DNA of 64,000 nt from an uncultured Muribaculaceae bacterium (GTDB lineage: Bacteria > Bacteroidota > Bacteroidia > Bacteroidales > Muribaculaceae). A model generated the notes under the pieces. That model saw only the letters and a program-made list of their open reading frames with translations. It did no database searches and was not told where the DNA came from. Within the stretch, counting starts at the first letter, position 1, and every line of letters begins with the position of its first letter. This document shows, in pieces, positions 8,887 through 18,727 of the stretch. The translations under genes were made by a program, and so were the position numbers. The stretch covers positions 9,940 to 73,939 of the forward strand of contig CALUNI010000001.1 of NCBI GenBank assembly GCA_944321905.1, in the 5' to 3' direction.

Positions 8887-9399
8887 ATGATAAAACGCAT
8901 ATTCCTAATACTGGCACTGGCCGTGGTGTCGCAGGCTTGTTCCATAAGCTATACTTTTAATGGAGCAATCCTCGACTACAGCATATACAAGACCATAGCG
9001 GTATCTAATTTCCCAATCCGCGCGGCACTGGTATATGCCCCGCTGCAATCGATGTTTGAAAACAAGCTACAAGACCTTATAACAAGGCAGACGCGCCTTA
9101 GCATCGTCGATTCGAGCAACACCGACTTGCGACTGGAGGGAGAGATTACGGGGTACGCCCTGTCGCCACAGGCCGTCACCGAGGATGCATATGCCTCGCA
9201 GACACGGCTGACGATAACAGTGCGCATAAGATACATCAACAACAAGAACCCCGACATCGAGGACATAGACCAAACATTTTCGGCCTACGGGGACTTTTCA
9301 AGCGACCAGTTGCTAATCGACGTGCAAGACGAATTGTGCGACCAGATTTGCGACGAGTTGTGCGACTTGATATTTAACGCTACTTTCGGAAATTGGTAA
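8887..9399 (+). CDS. lptE: LptE-like outer-membrane lipoprotein
   Basis: 170 aa with a lipoprotein signal (LALAVVSQAC). Size and the RLEGEITGY...RLTITVRIRY pattern resemble Bacteroidota LptE-family proteins. Its context (sigma-54 activator upstream, secG downstream) matches what I recall as conserved in Bacteroidales. Confidence 0.6.
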   Translation: MIKRIFLILALAVVSQACSISYTFNGAILDYSIYKTIAVSNFPIRAALVYAPLQSMFENKLQDLITRQTRLSIVDSSNTDLRLEGEITGYALSPQAVTEDAYASQTRLTITVRIRYINNKNPDIEDIDQTFSAYGDFSSDQLLIDVQDELCDQICDELCDLIFNATFGNW

Positions 9400-9411
9400 A
9401 AACCGCGCGCT

Positions 9412-10152
9412 ATGATGGCATCAATCGACCTGATACGCAACTTGATTGAAAACAACGGCACGATAGACAGCGAGACGCTCGACTCTATGCGTGCCGAATA
9501 TCCATATTTCATAGTGCCGGCAATACTATATCTGAAACAAGACAACCGGCAAACCGACAACCCGGCAAGAGACAAGGTTCTGTCGTCATTGGCTTTGGCA
9601 TATCCCGAACACGCCGCATTTTACGACCTTGTTGGCGATGATGCCGAGCGATTCAAGAATTTCTACCCACCACAAGAAAAAATGCCTACGCCCGACACCG
9701 ACACGACAATCGACACCTTCCTAAACCGTTACGGGAAAACCGATGCAAAAGAAATAGAACTGCTCGACAGGTTGATTTTCAACCCTATGCCCGATTATTC
9801 ACAAATCCTGGCCGAAGAAAAAAAGGATTTGCCCGAAGCATCGGGCAACGACCCTATAGCACAAGTGGCACACGCATTCGACAGTATCCTGGCCGGAGCA
9901 AAGCAAACCGCTCAAGCCGAAGAAGAATTACCGGTCGAGGAAGAAGAACAGGTAAAGAAGCCACAAGTGACCGACGACTCGATGCTAAGCGAGAGCCTTG
10001 CCAAGATTTTCATCAAACAGGGCAAATACAACAAGGCTTTGGAAATTATTAAAAACATAAGTTTGAAATTTCCAGAAAAAAGTATTTACTTTGCAGACCA
10101 AATTCGTTTCTTACAGAAACTTATACTAAACGAGAAAATAAACAACAGATAA
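9412..10152 (+). CDS. conserved hypothetical protein (acidic linker, TPR-like C-terminus)
   Basis: 246-aa ORF packed tightly between the lptE-like gene and secG (12-nt and 4-nt gaps). The C-terminus reads LAKIFIKQGKYNKALEIIKNISLKFPEKSIYFADQIRFL. No function is assignable. Confidence 0.6.
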   Translation: MMASIDLIRNLIENNGTIDSETLDSMRAEYPYFIVPAILYLKQDNRQTDNPARDKVLSSLALAYPEHAAFYDLVGDDAERFKNFYPPQEKMPTPDTDTTIDTFLNRYGKTDAKEIELLDRLIFNPMPDYSQILAEEKKDLPEASGNDPIAQVAHAFDSILAGAKQTAQAEEELPVEEEEQVKKPQVTDDSMLSESLAKIFIKQGKYNKALEIIKNISLKFPEKSIYFADQIRFLQKLILNEKINNR

Positions 10153-10156
10153 AGTT

Positions 10157-10525
10157 ATGTACATTTTTTTGACAGTTTTAATCGTACTCGCTTCTCTCCT
10201 GCTTATCGGCGTGGTATTAATCCAGAAATCAAAGGGTGGAGGCTTGGCTTCAAACTTCTCAAGCTCCAACCAAATCATGGGTGTGCGCAAGACCACCGAC
10301 TTCGTTGAGAAAGCTACTTGGACTCTTGCAATTGTTATTTGCGTGCTGAGCATCATCTCGTCGTTCCTTGTGCCTCAAACTCTGGTTCAAGGCCACCAGT
10401 CGCGCGTAATCGAGCAACAAGAAACCACTCAAGAGCAAGCAACTCCGTTTGCTACTCCCGAAGCTACCACATCTGCCGATACTCAGACCGACGCTGCCGC
10501 CGTTCCGACAGAGAACGCCCAATAA
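10157..10525 (+). CDS. secG: preprotein translocase subunit SecG
   Basis: 122 aa. The N-terminus LIVLASLLLIGVVLIQKSKGGGLASNF is the SecG signature, and a second TM helix follows. Confidence 0.85.
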   Translation: MYIFLTVLIVLASLLLIGVVLIQKSKGGGLASNFSSSNQIMGVRKTTDFVEKATWTLAIVICVLSIISSFLVPQTLVQGHQSRVIEQQETTQEQATPFATPEATTSADTQTDAAAVPTENAQ

Positions 10526-10552
10526 CAGGAGAAAGCAAAATAAGCAAATATA

Positions 10553-10590
10553 GCGAAACGGCTTTAACATATAAGTCGTTTCGCCTTTTT
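10553..10590 (+). terminator. rho-independent terminator after secG
   Basis: An 8-bp stem (GCGAAACG...CGTTTCGC) with a 16-nt loop is followed by CTTTTT. It lies 28 nt after the secG stop. Confidence 0.6.
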
Positions 10591-10778
10591 GCACCAATAC
10601 GCAAGCAACATTAACAATACTCAACTCGCGTTAAATCGTTTAATTATTATTAAATACACGGCCAATAATCTACAATATCACTACTTTAGCACATCGAATT
10701 TAAGAATGCCGATATGGTGGCTTATTCTCAAAGCTTGTAATATCGACTAATTTATATGTTTATCGTTATATTGTACTA

Positions 10779-11765
10779 ATGAGAAAAATAACAGTGCTGT
10801 TTTGGGGACTCTGCTTCGTTTTAACATCGTGCTACTCCGAAATCGAATTCAACGACTTGATGCCCTCTCCAGTTCCGGTAATAAATGCCATTGCATCGAC
10901 CGATACCGTGGTGATTGCAAGCATCAGCCGTACATATTCTGAGAACGAAGACATCGATGACCTGTATATCAAAGAGGCCGAAGTCACACTAACAGTAAAC
11001 GACAACTTCAAAGAGCGACTGACTATGGTTGAATACGACACGCTTGACACCCATGTAGTTACCTACGTATCCACATATAGGCCAACTCCCGGCGACCATA
11101 TCGAGATACATGCGTCAACACCCTATGGCGATGCTCATGCCGAAGACATAGTGCCTGCGCCTGTCGCTATAACCGGAGTTGAAACCACATTTAGCGTCAA
11201 TACCGATGAATCGTGGACAGTAAGTGGAGACGGCTCATACGTCCAGACAAATTTCTATGATGCCACTTATCATATAAAATTCCATGATCCCAAGGGCGTT
11301 GCCAATTATTACTTGATAAACATAGATACAGATTTCGATCTTCTGTACACAGGGGGCGTTTACATAGACTACATCGACCCGCTGTTTGAAATGCAGAATC
11401 AAGACTTAACCAACATCGGGACTGAGAATTCTTTTAGAAACGGTTGGGGATGGACTTTCAGCGACGAGACCATCGACGGGCTTGATTACTCGCTGTCATT
11501 AAGAGAAACCAACATCCTTCCGGGAAGTAAAGACCAACCCGAGGCGACAATGCGACGGGCAAGGCTCTATTCCCTGTCGGAGAATTATTACAAATATTTG
11601 CGCAGCATACTAAGAAACGAGCAGCGCGACGAATCGGCCATAGGCGACATAGGCATTCTCGAACCCGTCAAGATATTTTCAAACATAAATGGCGGGACAG
11701 GGATACTGGGTTCCGTATCAATGACTGAATTTGAATTTAGCATCGACCAGACAACGCAATTATGA
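10779..11765 (+). CDS. DUF4249-like lipoprotein
   Basis: 328 aa with a lipoprotein signal (CFVLTSC). The C-terminal block SNINGGTGILGSVS is typical of DUF4249 proteins that accompany TonB-dependent receptors. Its stop overlaps the next ATG (ATGA at 11762-11765). Confidence 0.65.
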   Translation: MRKITVLFWGLCFVLTSCYSEIEFNDLMPSPVPVINAIASTDTVVIASISRTYSENEDIDDLYIKEAEVTLTVNDNFKERLTMVEYDTLDTHVVTYVSTYRPTPGDHIEIHASTPYGDAHAEDIVPAPVAITGVETTFSVNTDESWTVSGDGSYVQTNFYDATYHIKFHDPKGVANYYLINIDTDFDLLYTGGVYIDYIDPLFEMQNQDLTNIGTENSFRNGWGWTFSDETIDGLDYSLSLRETNILPGSKDQPEATMRRARLYSLSENYYKYLRSILRNEQRDESAIGDIGILEPVKIFSNINGGTGILGSVSMTEFEFSIDQTTQL

Positions 11766-14011
11766 ACAGCTTCATCCTAAATGTGGCAACAAGCGTATTG
11801 ATAGCCATAACTCCGGCATTAAAATCAATGGCACAAAACTCCACTGCCGCCACGCCCGATTCTACCGATTTTCTCGACAAGGAAGTGGTGTTGCCCGAGG
11901 TACAAGCGATAGGCAACGCAAGCAACCGTTCCAATTCAATGTCGCTCGATGCCGGAGTGGTAAAATTAGACAAGCAGCACCTGTTCAGACTCCCAACAAT
12001 GACAGGCGAACCCGACATCATTCGAGCCTTTGCTCTGCAACCCGGAGTATCGGAAGGCGTGGAAGGGTTTTCGGGGCTATACGTGCGCGGCGGAACCAAC
12101 GACCAAAACCTAATCCTATTGAATGGAGTGCCGCTATATCAAATAAGCCACCTCGGGGGACTGTTCTCGTCGTTCAATGTGGAAATCGTCGATAACGCCA
12201 CGTTTTACAAGACGGCATTCCCTGCCATGTATGGAGGCCGCCTGTCAAGCGTAGTTGACATATCTACCCGGCAACCCAACTTCAACGAATATCACGGAGC
12301 AGCCACGCTCGGGCTCACTGCCGGGATGATACACCTCACGGGACCAATATTTAAAGGAAAGACAGCGTTCGACGTGTCGGCCAGACGGTCTTGGTTTGAC
12401 GTATTGTCGGCACCGGCACTCGCAATCTTAAACAGAATCAAAAAGAAAGACGGCAAGAAAACCATTGCACGATATGCCTTCACCGACATCAACGCCCGCA
12501 TCGACCACCGATTTGACAACCGCAACTTGCTGCATCTCGACTTTTACTGGGGCAGCGACTTATTTAAATTCGGCAGCGAGGAATTTTCAGAAGGAGAAAC
12601 ACAATCCTTAAGCAGCGATGTCGATAAGTTACGCTGGGGAAATACGATGGCTTCAGCATCATGGAATCACATTTATAACGACCACCTGACATCGACAATC
12701 ACCGCAGCCTTTACCCGGTACAAATCAACCTACGACAAAGAATCTATCGAAGAATACAGCAACAGCGAGTATTCCGAAACCGAACAATCAAGCCGCACCG
12801 ACCGCAATACAGTCGATGACATTTCTCTGTTCGCTCGTTGGAAATACAACAATGGCAACTGCAACCTGCGCTTTGGTGCATTCTACACGCATCACCGCTT
12901 TTTGCCATCATCGGTAATCTTCAGCACACAGAAAGACGACAACCGCTTCGACCGTACATTCACAGGACACCACATAAATGCCAACGAAACCGGAGCATAC
13001 GCCGACTTGGCTTGGGAACCAACAAAGTGGTTGGGATTTGATGCAGGACTGCGACTTGCCGCATTCAACATCTATAACGAATGGAAAACTTCGATTGAGC
13101 CGCGATTTCTGGCACGTTTCTCGATCATGCCGGGACTAAGCATCAAGGCAAACTATTCCCGTATGGGACAGTTGGTGCAGCAAATAAGCGACAGCTACGT
13201 GAACCTGCCCACCGACAACTGGATGCCGATAGGCAAAGGCGAGGACTTGTTGACGAGCGACCAAGTGGGAGGCGGGATATATTACGACACTCACGATAAA
13301 AAATATTCATTGTCGATTGAGGGATACTATAAGTGGCTCGATGGCGTGGCCGAGGTCAACGACGACTATTCATACAGCTACGACAAAATGCAAAACATTG
13401 CATACGGATGGGGAAACGCATATGGCGGAGAAATAACCTTATCGCGCAACATGGGGCGACTCACCGGCAGCGCAAGTTACGGATTGATGTGGGCAAACAG
13501 AAAAATTCCGGGAATAAACGACGACAAGTGGTATCCGGCCAAATTTGACAACCGCCACAAAATCAACATAACTCTTAACTACAAGCTTAACGACCACATC
13601 GAGCTCAATGCCTCGTGGGTTTATTCCACGGGCAATCGCATGACAGTTCCGGTGGGATTATACCAAGGGTTTCAAGACACACATATTCCATCAGAAATAG
13701 CTCCACACGAGGACAATTATTTCTATAGCGGACTCGGTCTTAAATATTATGCCGGGCGCAACAACGTTCGCCTGCCCGATTACCACCGACTCGACATTAG
13801 CGCATCATTCACCAAGCAACTGGGCAACGGGCGCAAGGGGGTGTGGCGCGTGGGGCTGTACAACGCCTATTGCCACATGAATGCCATGGTAGTGCGCCGC
13901 CGGGAATTCACATATTCGACTCCCGACAACAGCCGTCCATGGGATATATACTACGACACATTCTCGATATTCCCAATAATACCAAATGTGTCATACTCAT
14001 ACTACTTCTGA
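11762..14011 (+). CDS. TonB-dependent receptor
   Basis: 749 aa with a signal peptide and a plug-domain block (PDIIRAFALQPGVSEGVEGFSGLYVRGGTNDQNLILLNGVPLY). The C-terminus is a beta-barrel ending in an aromatic residue (YSYYF). Confidence 0.85.
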   Translation: MNSFILNVATSVLIAITPALKSMAQNSTAATPDSTDFLDKEVVLPEVQAIGNASNRSNSMSLDAGVVKLDKQHLFRLPTMTGEPDIIRAFALQPGVSEGVEGFSGLYVRGGTNDQNLILLNGVPLYQISHLGGLFSSFNVEIVDNATFYKTAFPAMYGGRLSSVVDISTRQPNFNEYHGAATLGLTAGMIHLTGPIFKGKTAFDVSARRSWFDVLSAPALAILNRIKKKDGKKTIARYAFTDINARIDHRFDNRNLLHLDFYWGSDLFKFGSEEFSEGETQSLSSDVDKLRWGNTMASASWNHIYNDHLTSTITAAFTRYKSTYDKESIEEYSNSEYSETEQSSRTDRNTVDDISLFARWKYNNGNCNLRFGAFYTHHRFLPSSVIFSTQKDDNRFDRTFTGHHINANETGAYADLAWEPTKWLGFDAGLRLAAFNIYNEWKTSIEPRFLARFSIMPGLSIKANYSRMGQLVQQISDSYVNLPTDNWMPIGKGEDLLTSDQVGGGIYYDTHDKKYSLSIEGYYKWLDGVAEVNDDYSYSYDKMQNIAYGWGNAYGGEITLSRNMGRLTGSASYGLMWANRKIPGINDDKWYPAKFDNRHKINITLNYKLNDHIELNASWVYSTGNRMTVPVGLYQGFQDTHIPSEIAPHEDNYFYSGLGLKYYAGRNNVRLPDYHRLDISASFTKQLGNGRKGVWRVGLYNAYCHMNAMVVRRREFTYSTPDNSRPWDIYYDTFSIFPIIPNVSYSYYF

Positions 14012-14024
14012 CGCTTATCATGAA

Positions 14025-14525
14025 TCAGCGATTGGGCAGCGACAGAATCCAGGGCTTGGGAATGGGTATTTTCATCTTTATGCGGTTGGGAATATCTTTC
14101 ATGAAGTCGGCGGCCTCGACCGGAGAATCAAATCCCTCGGCGATGACATAATAGTTGCTTTCGCTGTCCTTGACCACGTATGATTGGTGCCCTTCTTTCT
14201 TCAATCGGTCGCGAAACGAGCGCGCATTGAACAGCTGCTTGTATTCGCCCACCACCACGCCATAAGGCTTCAAGTCGGCAGTCGCAGCATCGACAATGTT
14301 GACGCGGTTCACCACCATGCGCACCGAATCGCCTCCGACGACTGCCGTATTGGCCGTTCGCTCAGCCTCGATGCGGGCAAACGTGGCTTCGTCCACTCCT
14401 TCCATTTCTCGTTGGCGTTCTACAGTGCGGTCATAGGCTGCACGATAATTTGCCTCGTTAGACTTGCACGACGTCATTCCGGCCACGGCAGCAGCCACGA
14501 ACAGCAATACCAAATAATTTTTCAT
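14025..14525 (-). CDS. SPOR-domain-like lipoprotein
   Basis: 166 aa with a lipoprotein signal (AVAGMTSC). The C-terminal roughly 70 aa (YGVVVGEYKQLFNARSFRDRLKKEGHQSYVVKDSESNYYVIAEGFDSPVEAADF) resemble a SPOR fold. Confidence 0.5.
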   Translation of the reverse strand: MKNYLVLLFVAAAVAGMTSCKSNEANYRAAYDRTVERQREMEGVDEATFARIEAERTANTAVVGGDSVRMVVNRVNIVDAATADLKPYGVVVGEYKQLFNARSFRDRLKKEGHQSYVVKDSESNYYVIAEGFDSPVEAADFMKDIPNRIKMKIPIPKPWILSLPNR

Positions 14526-14576
14526 TTCTCAACCCGGTTAATTACATGCGCAAATATACTACATGGCACCGTTATT

Positions 14577-14591
14577 TGCAACTCGGTTGCA
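14577..14591. promoter_or_regulatory. 15-bp palindrome TGCAAC-TCG-GTTGCA upstream of the metal ATPase (candidate operator)
   Basis: A perfect 6-bp inverted repeat with a 3-nt spacer lies 45 nt upstream of the ATG at 14636. Confidence 0.25.
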
Positions 14592-14635
14592 CGGGGCATT
14601 AACTACCTTTGTGGCAGAAAAACAAAAAAGCAGAC

Positions 14636-16534
14636 ATGAACAAAAAGTTGTTGAGAATAATCATCGCCGCCATTTTGCTTGCGGCAGCCATGTGGATAGA
14701 ACACACAACCTGCCTGCCACTGTGGCAGATGCTTGCCATATACCTTATACCATACTTGATAGTCGGACTTGACGTACTTGCCGAAGCTGTCGGGGAAGTG
14801 CTTCACGGACGCATGTTCAACGAAGGCTTCTTGATGGGAATAGCAACCTTGGGGGCACTTGCAATAGGATTCCTGCCAAGCAGCGAACCCGAATTTGCCG
14901 AGGCTGTATTCGTCATGCTTTTCTTCCAAGTGGGAGAACTCTTCGAGCATCAAGCCGAAGGCAAAAGCCGCCGAGCCATAACACAGCTTATGGACATACG
15001 CCCCGACACGGCCAATGTGGCACGTGACGGGAAAGTGATGGCAGTGCCACCCGACACCGTAACCGTGGGCGAGACCATCATTATCCGCCCGGGAGAGAAA
15101 ATCCCGTTAGACGGCATCATATTGGAAGGGGCTTCGGCACTGGACACCGTCGCTTTGACAGGAGAAAGTATGCCACGCAATGTAGATATCGGCGACGAGG
15201 TTGCCTCGGGGTGCGTCAACGTTTCGGGACTGCTAAAAGTGCGAGTAACAAAAAATTTCGGAGAATCAACGGCATCCAAAATCATCAACCTTGTGGAACA
15301 TGCCGCCGGCAATAAGTCAAGACGAGAAACTTTCATAGCTCGATTTGCCCGAGTCTATACACCGATCGTGGTTTTTGCAGCCATCGCCCTTGCCCTGCTG
15401 CCGCCGCTGTTTTCCGAGAGCTTTGCGGCATCTTTCCCGGTATGGCTCGGCAGGTCGCTTACATTCCTGGTCGTTTCTTGCCCCTGCGCACTTGTCATAT
15501 CAGTTCCTCTATCATTCTTCGGCGGTATCGGCGGAGCCTCTCGCAACGGCATCCTTGTAAAAGGGTCGAACTACATGGAAGCACTCGCGAAACTCAAAAC
15601 CGTTGTTTTCGACAAGACCGGGACTCTTACAAAAGGTCGGTTTGAAGTAACAGCGGTACACCCCGAAAAATGCGACGAAAAGCACCTGCTGCATCTTGCC
15701 GCTCATGTGGAGCGTTATTCGACCCACCCGATAGCCATATCGCTTCGCGCAGCATACCCGGGAGAGAAAGATGACTGCCTTGTCGAGAACGTGGAAGAAA
15801 TACCCGGACAAGGGATACGCGCCCGGGTGAATGGCGACACTGTGTGCGTCGGCAACGTCAAAATGATGGGAGCAATAGGAGCTTCGTGGCACAATTGCCA
15901 CAAGGTAGGCACTGTCATTCATGTGGCCATAAATGGCGAATATGCCGGACACATAGTGGTGGCCGATACGATAAAAGAAGACTCTCGCAATGCCATCGCA
16001 ATGCTCAAGAATATGGGAATCAGCAAGACCGTGATGCTGACAGGCGACAGAAAAGAAGTCGGCGACTGCGTGGCACAAGAGCTTGGCATAGACGAGTGGC
16101 ACGCCGAATTGCTTCCCACAGACAAGGTTGCAATCCTAAAGCAGCTGATAGCCGACAAGGCCCAAGGCACCACTCTTGCATTTGTTGGCGACGGCATTAA
16201 CGACGCTCCCGCACTCGCATTGTCCGACGTGGGCATAGCAATGGGCGGACTTGGCTCTGACGCAGCCATAGAAGCTGCCGACGTGGTGCTGATGGACGAC
16301 AAGCCCACAAAAATAGCCTTGGCCATAAGTATTGCCCGCCGGACACTACGCATAGCGTCGCAAAACATATGGTTTGCCATAGGCATAAAACTACTCGTGC
16401 TTGCACTTGCCTCAATCGGATTTGCTACAATGTGGATGGCCGTGTTTGCCGATGTAGGGGTTACGGTACTTGCAGTCCTTAATGCAATGCGAACTCTCAA
16501 GACCACGCCTGTAACAGAAGTGTCGAGACCATAA
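14636..16534 (+). CDS. heavy-metal translocating P1B-type ATPase (Cd/Zn/Co class likely)
   Basis: I chose the ATG at 14636 because the track start at 14609 is TTG. It has the SCPCAL (CPC) metal-transport motif, the DKTGTLT phosphorylation site and the GDGINDAP hinge. No N-terminal CxxC metal-binding domain is visible. Confidence 0.9.
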   Translation: MNKKLLRIIIAAILLAAAMWIEHTTCLPLWQMLAIYLIPYLIVGLDVLAEAVGEVLHGRMFNEGFLMGIATLGALAIGFLPSSEPEFAEAVFVMLFFQVGELFEHQAEGKSRRAITQLMDIRPDTANVARDGKVMAVPPDTVTVGETIIIRPGEKIPLDGIILEGASALDTVALTGESMPRNVDIGDEVASGCVNVSGLLKVRVTKNFGESTASKIINLVEHAAGNKSRRETFIARFARVYTPIVVFAAIALALLPPLFSESFAASFPVWLGRSLTFLVVSCPCALVISVPLSFFGGIGGASRNGILVKGSNYMEALAKLKTVVFDKTGTLTKGRFEVTAVHPEKCDEKHLLHLAAHVERYSTHPIAISLRAAYPGEKDDCLVENVEEIPGQGIRARVNGDTVCVGNVKMMGAIGASWHNCHKVGTVIHVAINGEYAGHIVVADTIKEDSRNAIAMLKNMGISKTVMLTGDRKEVGDCVAQELGIDEWHAELLPTDKVAILKQLIADKAQGTTLAFVGDGINDAPALALSDVGIAMGGLGSDAAIEAADVVLMDDKPTKIALAISIARRTLRIASQNIWFAIGIKLLVLALASIGFATMWMAVFADVGVTVLAVLNAMRTLKTTPVTEVSRP

Positions 16535-16582
16535 AAAACGATGCTTGTAATACGGTAACGATATTTTGACGGTGACGCGAGT

Positions 16583-17275
16583 TTAATCAAGGCATTCTTT
16601 ATCATGCCCGGTCTTTAACATGTCGAGCAAGACAAAGAGCGATTCCCTGCCACAGTTCATCAATAAGTCGATTATGCTCAATCCCGATACATGCCCGTGC
16701 CTGCTCGCCCAAATATTATAATAAGGCACATCGGCCACAAATTCAACATTGTCGGGCTTCTTCCCACCTATCAAGCCACGCCAGTCACTTGTCGGCACTC
16801 CGGCAACAGGTGCGGCAACAGAGTTTACCGGCAAGTCGAGAAAATCGACAACCACTTCATGCAAGGCCATATTAAAGTCAACAAGCCACTTGTCATGCCT
16901 GTCATACACAGCCTTAAGGTCATCTTCGGCATACTCGAAAAAAGGGGTCTTGCCATATGCCGAGAACAATGCTCCCCAGTGCACCCGCCTCCAGTCGCCA
17001 TGCTCCGATATGCGCAAATCACGCATCAATATCTCTCCGCCATGCCTGTTGCCAACATGTTCCACCGGCACTGCAAGTGTCTGCACGCCATTTGCCCCAA
17101 CTATGCGACAGTGGTTGTGCATCCACGAATTCTTGCCTATACTCTCTTCGGTATCTATTACTACCTTGCCATGAACCGACAACATGGCAGCGTAATACCT
17201 CACGCTGCCAAGATAAGCCGAGCTAAAAACGGCCAACTGCCCATCCACACCTGTACTACTTATCGGGATTGGCAT
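16583..17275 (-). CDS. WbqC-family protein
   Basis: I chose the ATG at 17275 (MPIPISS...), which overlaps the lepB 3' end by 20 nt. The N-terminal block FSSAYLGSVRYYAAML resembles WbqC-like proteins, and I recall the position downstream of lepB as typical in Bacteroidales. Confidence 0.55.
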   Translation of the reverse strand: MPIPISSTGVDGQLAVFSSAYLGSVRYYAAMLSVHGKVVIDTEESIGKNSWMHNHCRIVGANGVQTLAVPVEHVGNRHGGEILMRDLRISEHGDWRRVHWGALFSAYGKTPFFEYAEDDLKAVYDRHDKWLVDFNMALHEVVVDFLDLPVNSVAAPVAGVPTSDWRGLIGGKKPDNVEFVADVPYYNIWASRHGHVSGLSIIDLLMNCGRESLFVLLDMLKTGHDKECLD

Positions 17276-18713
17276 CTTTAAACATGCGGTTCCAACGGAT
17301 ACCCTTATCCTTGTCAATCGACACAATCACAAACATCGGAGAACCGACAATATGATCCTCGGGAACAAATCCCCAGTACCGCGAGTCGGCCGACATGTCG
17401 CGATTATCGCCCATCATCCAGTAATAGTCCATTTTGAATGTGTATTGCGTCGCTTCCTTGCCGTTTATGTAAATCTTTCCGTCGCGCACATCAAGCGTAT
17501 TGCCCTCATAATTCTTTATAACGCGCTCATAGATGGGCAGCGCATCAAGTGTCAAATCGAGTGTCATGCCTTTCTTTGGAATCCACACCGGTCCGTAATC
17601 GGCTCGTGTCCAACCATAATCATGCGTGATGGGATACACATTTATCACTTCGTCGGCAGGCACCTGTATGACATTGGTAATCCATGATATATTCTTCATC
17701 TTGCCACGCATCTCGGCAGTCAACGGCAACTGATATATCGGTGGCACAGTCCCGTCGGCTTTCACGGTGAGGCCGAGGCTCATGGCTCCAAGCTTCTCTT
17801 GCGGCATAGTAACCGAAATCCTCATGCGGTCGTCGCTGCTTATCCCGAGCAAGTCCCAAGTGGCATCGTCGATGAGCCGCCCGTCGGTCTGCACGTAATA
17901 ATTATACTGCACATTCTTAGGCTCAGGCAACGGCTTGCCATCGATATATATGATGTTATCCTTTATCTGCAAAGTATCGCCGGGCAGCCCTACGCAACGT
18001 TTGACATAGTTTTCGCGCCTGTCAACGGGGCGATATATCACGTCACCATATTTCTCCTTATTAGCCCAAATTGCCGCCCGCCCGCCGGGTTCTATCTCGC
18101 AAAGCGTGTAATAGTCGGGATTCTGCACCTTTAGGGCGACCGTGTCCCCGGCAGGATAGTTAAACACCACTATGTCAAACCGCTCCACATTACGGAATCC
18201 CTTAAGGCGATGATAATCCCACTGAGGCCACTCGATATAAGACTTGCAGTTAAGCACGGGAATAGTGTGCTGTGCAAGAGGAAAATGCAGCGGCGTGTTG
18301 GGTACGCGAGGCCCATATATCATCTTGTTGACCCACAGGTAATCTCCCACAAGCAATGTCTTTTCGAGCGAGGACGACGGTATCTGGTAATTCTGCCCTA
18401 TGAATATGAATATGAAATATACAAGCACAAGGGCGTAAACGATGGCATCGACCCACCCCATTATATAACGCAGGGTGCGGTTGCGGCTGCGCTTCCACCA
18501 GTTCAAGGGTATGTACTGGGTAAGGTAAATGTCGGCAAGCAGTGGCAAGAATAATATCACCCACCACGAGCCAAGCCAGATGACCCATCCTATATATATG
18601 GCCGCAACTATGCCAAACCGTATCCAACGCGTGCGTTTCACACGTTTAAGCCGCTCGCGCAGAGAGCCGCCGCAAGCCTCTACTTCAATTTCTTGTTTTG
18701 TTTTATCACTCAT
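17256..18713 (-). CDS. lepB: signal peptidase I
   Basis: 485 aa with an N-terminal TM segment. Box E reads GDNRDMSADSRYWGFVPEDHIVG, and a GDYLWVNK block is also present. Confidence 0.9.
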   Translation of the reverse strand: MSDKTKQEIEVEACGGSLRERLKRVKRTRWIRFGIVAAIYIGWVIWLGSWWVILFLPLLADIYLTQYIPLNWWKRSRNRTLRYIMGWVDAIVYALVLVYFIFIFIGQNYQIPSSSLEKTLLVGDYLWVNKMIYGPRVPNTPLHFPLAQHTIPVLNCKSYIEWPQWDYHRLKGFRNVERFDIVVFNYPAGDTVALKVQNPDYYTLCEIEPGGRAAIWANKEKYGDVIYRPVDRRENYVKRCVGLPGDTLQIKDNIIYIDGKPLPEPKNVQYNYYVQTDGRLIDDATWDLLGISSDDRMRISVTMPQEKLGAMSLGLTVKADGTVPPIYQLPLTAEMRGKMKNISWITNVIQVPADEVINVYPITHDYGWTRADYGPVWIPKKGMTLDLTLDALPIYERVIKNYEGNTLDVRDGKIYINGKEATQYTFKMDYYWMMGDNRDMSADSRYWGFVPEDHIVGSPMFVIVSIDKDKGIRWNRMFKDANPDK

Positions 18714-18727
18714 TTCTCATCGAATGC

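Noticed and set aside
14563-14579. A sigma-54-like element, TGGCAC-CGTTAT-TTGCA, lies upstream of the P-type ATPase, and the window also encodes a sigma-54 activator.
   Set aside because: The spacing is one nucleotide too long (GG-N11-GC instead of the strict GG-N10-GC). Sigma-54 promoters do not tolerate that.
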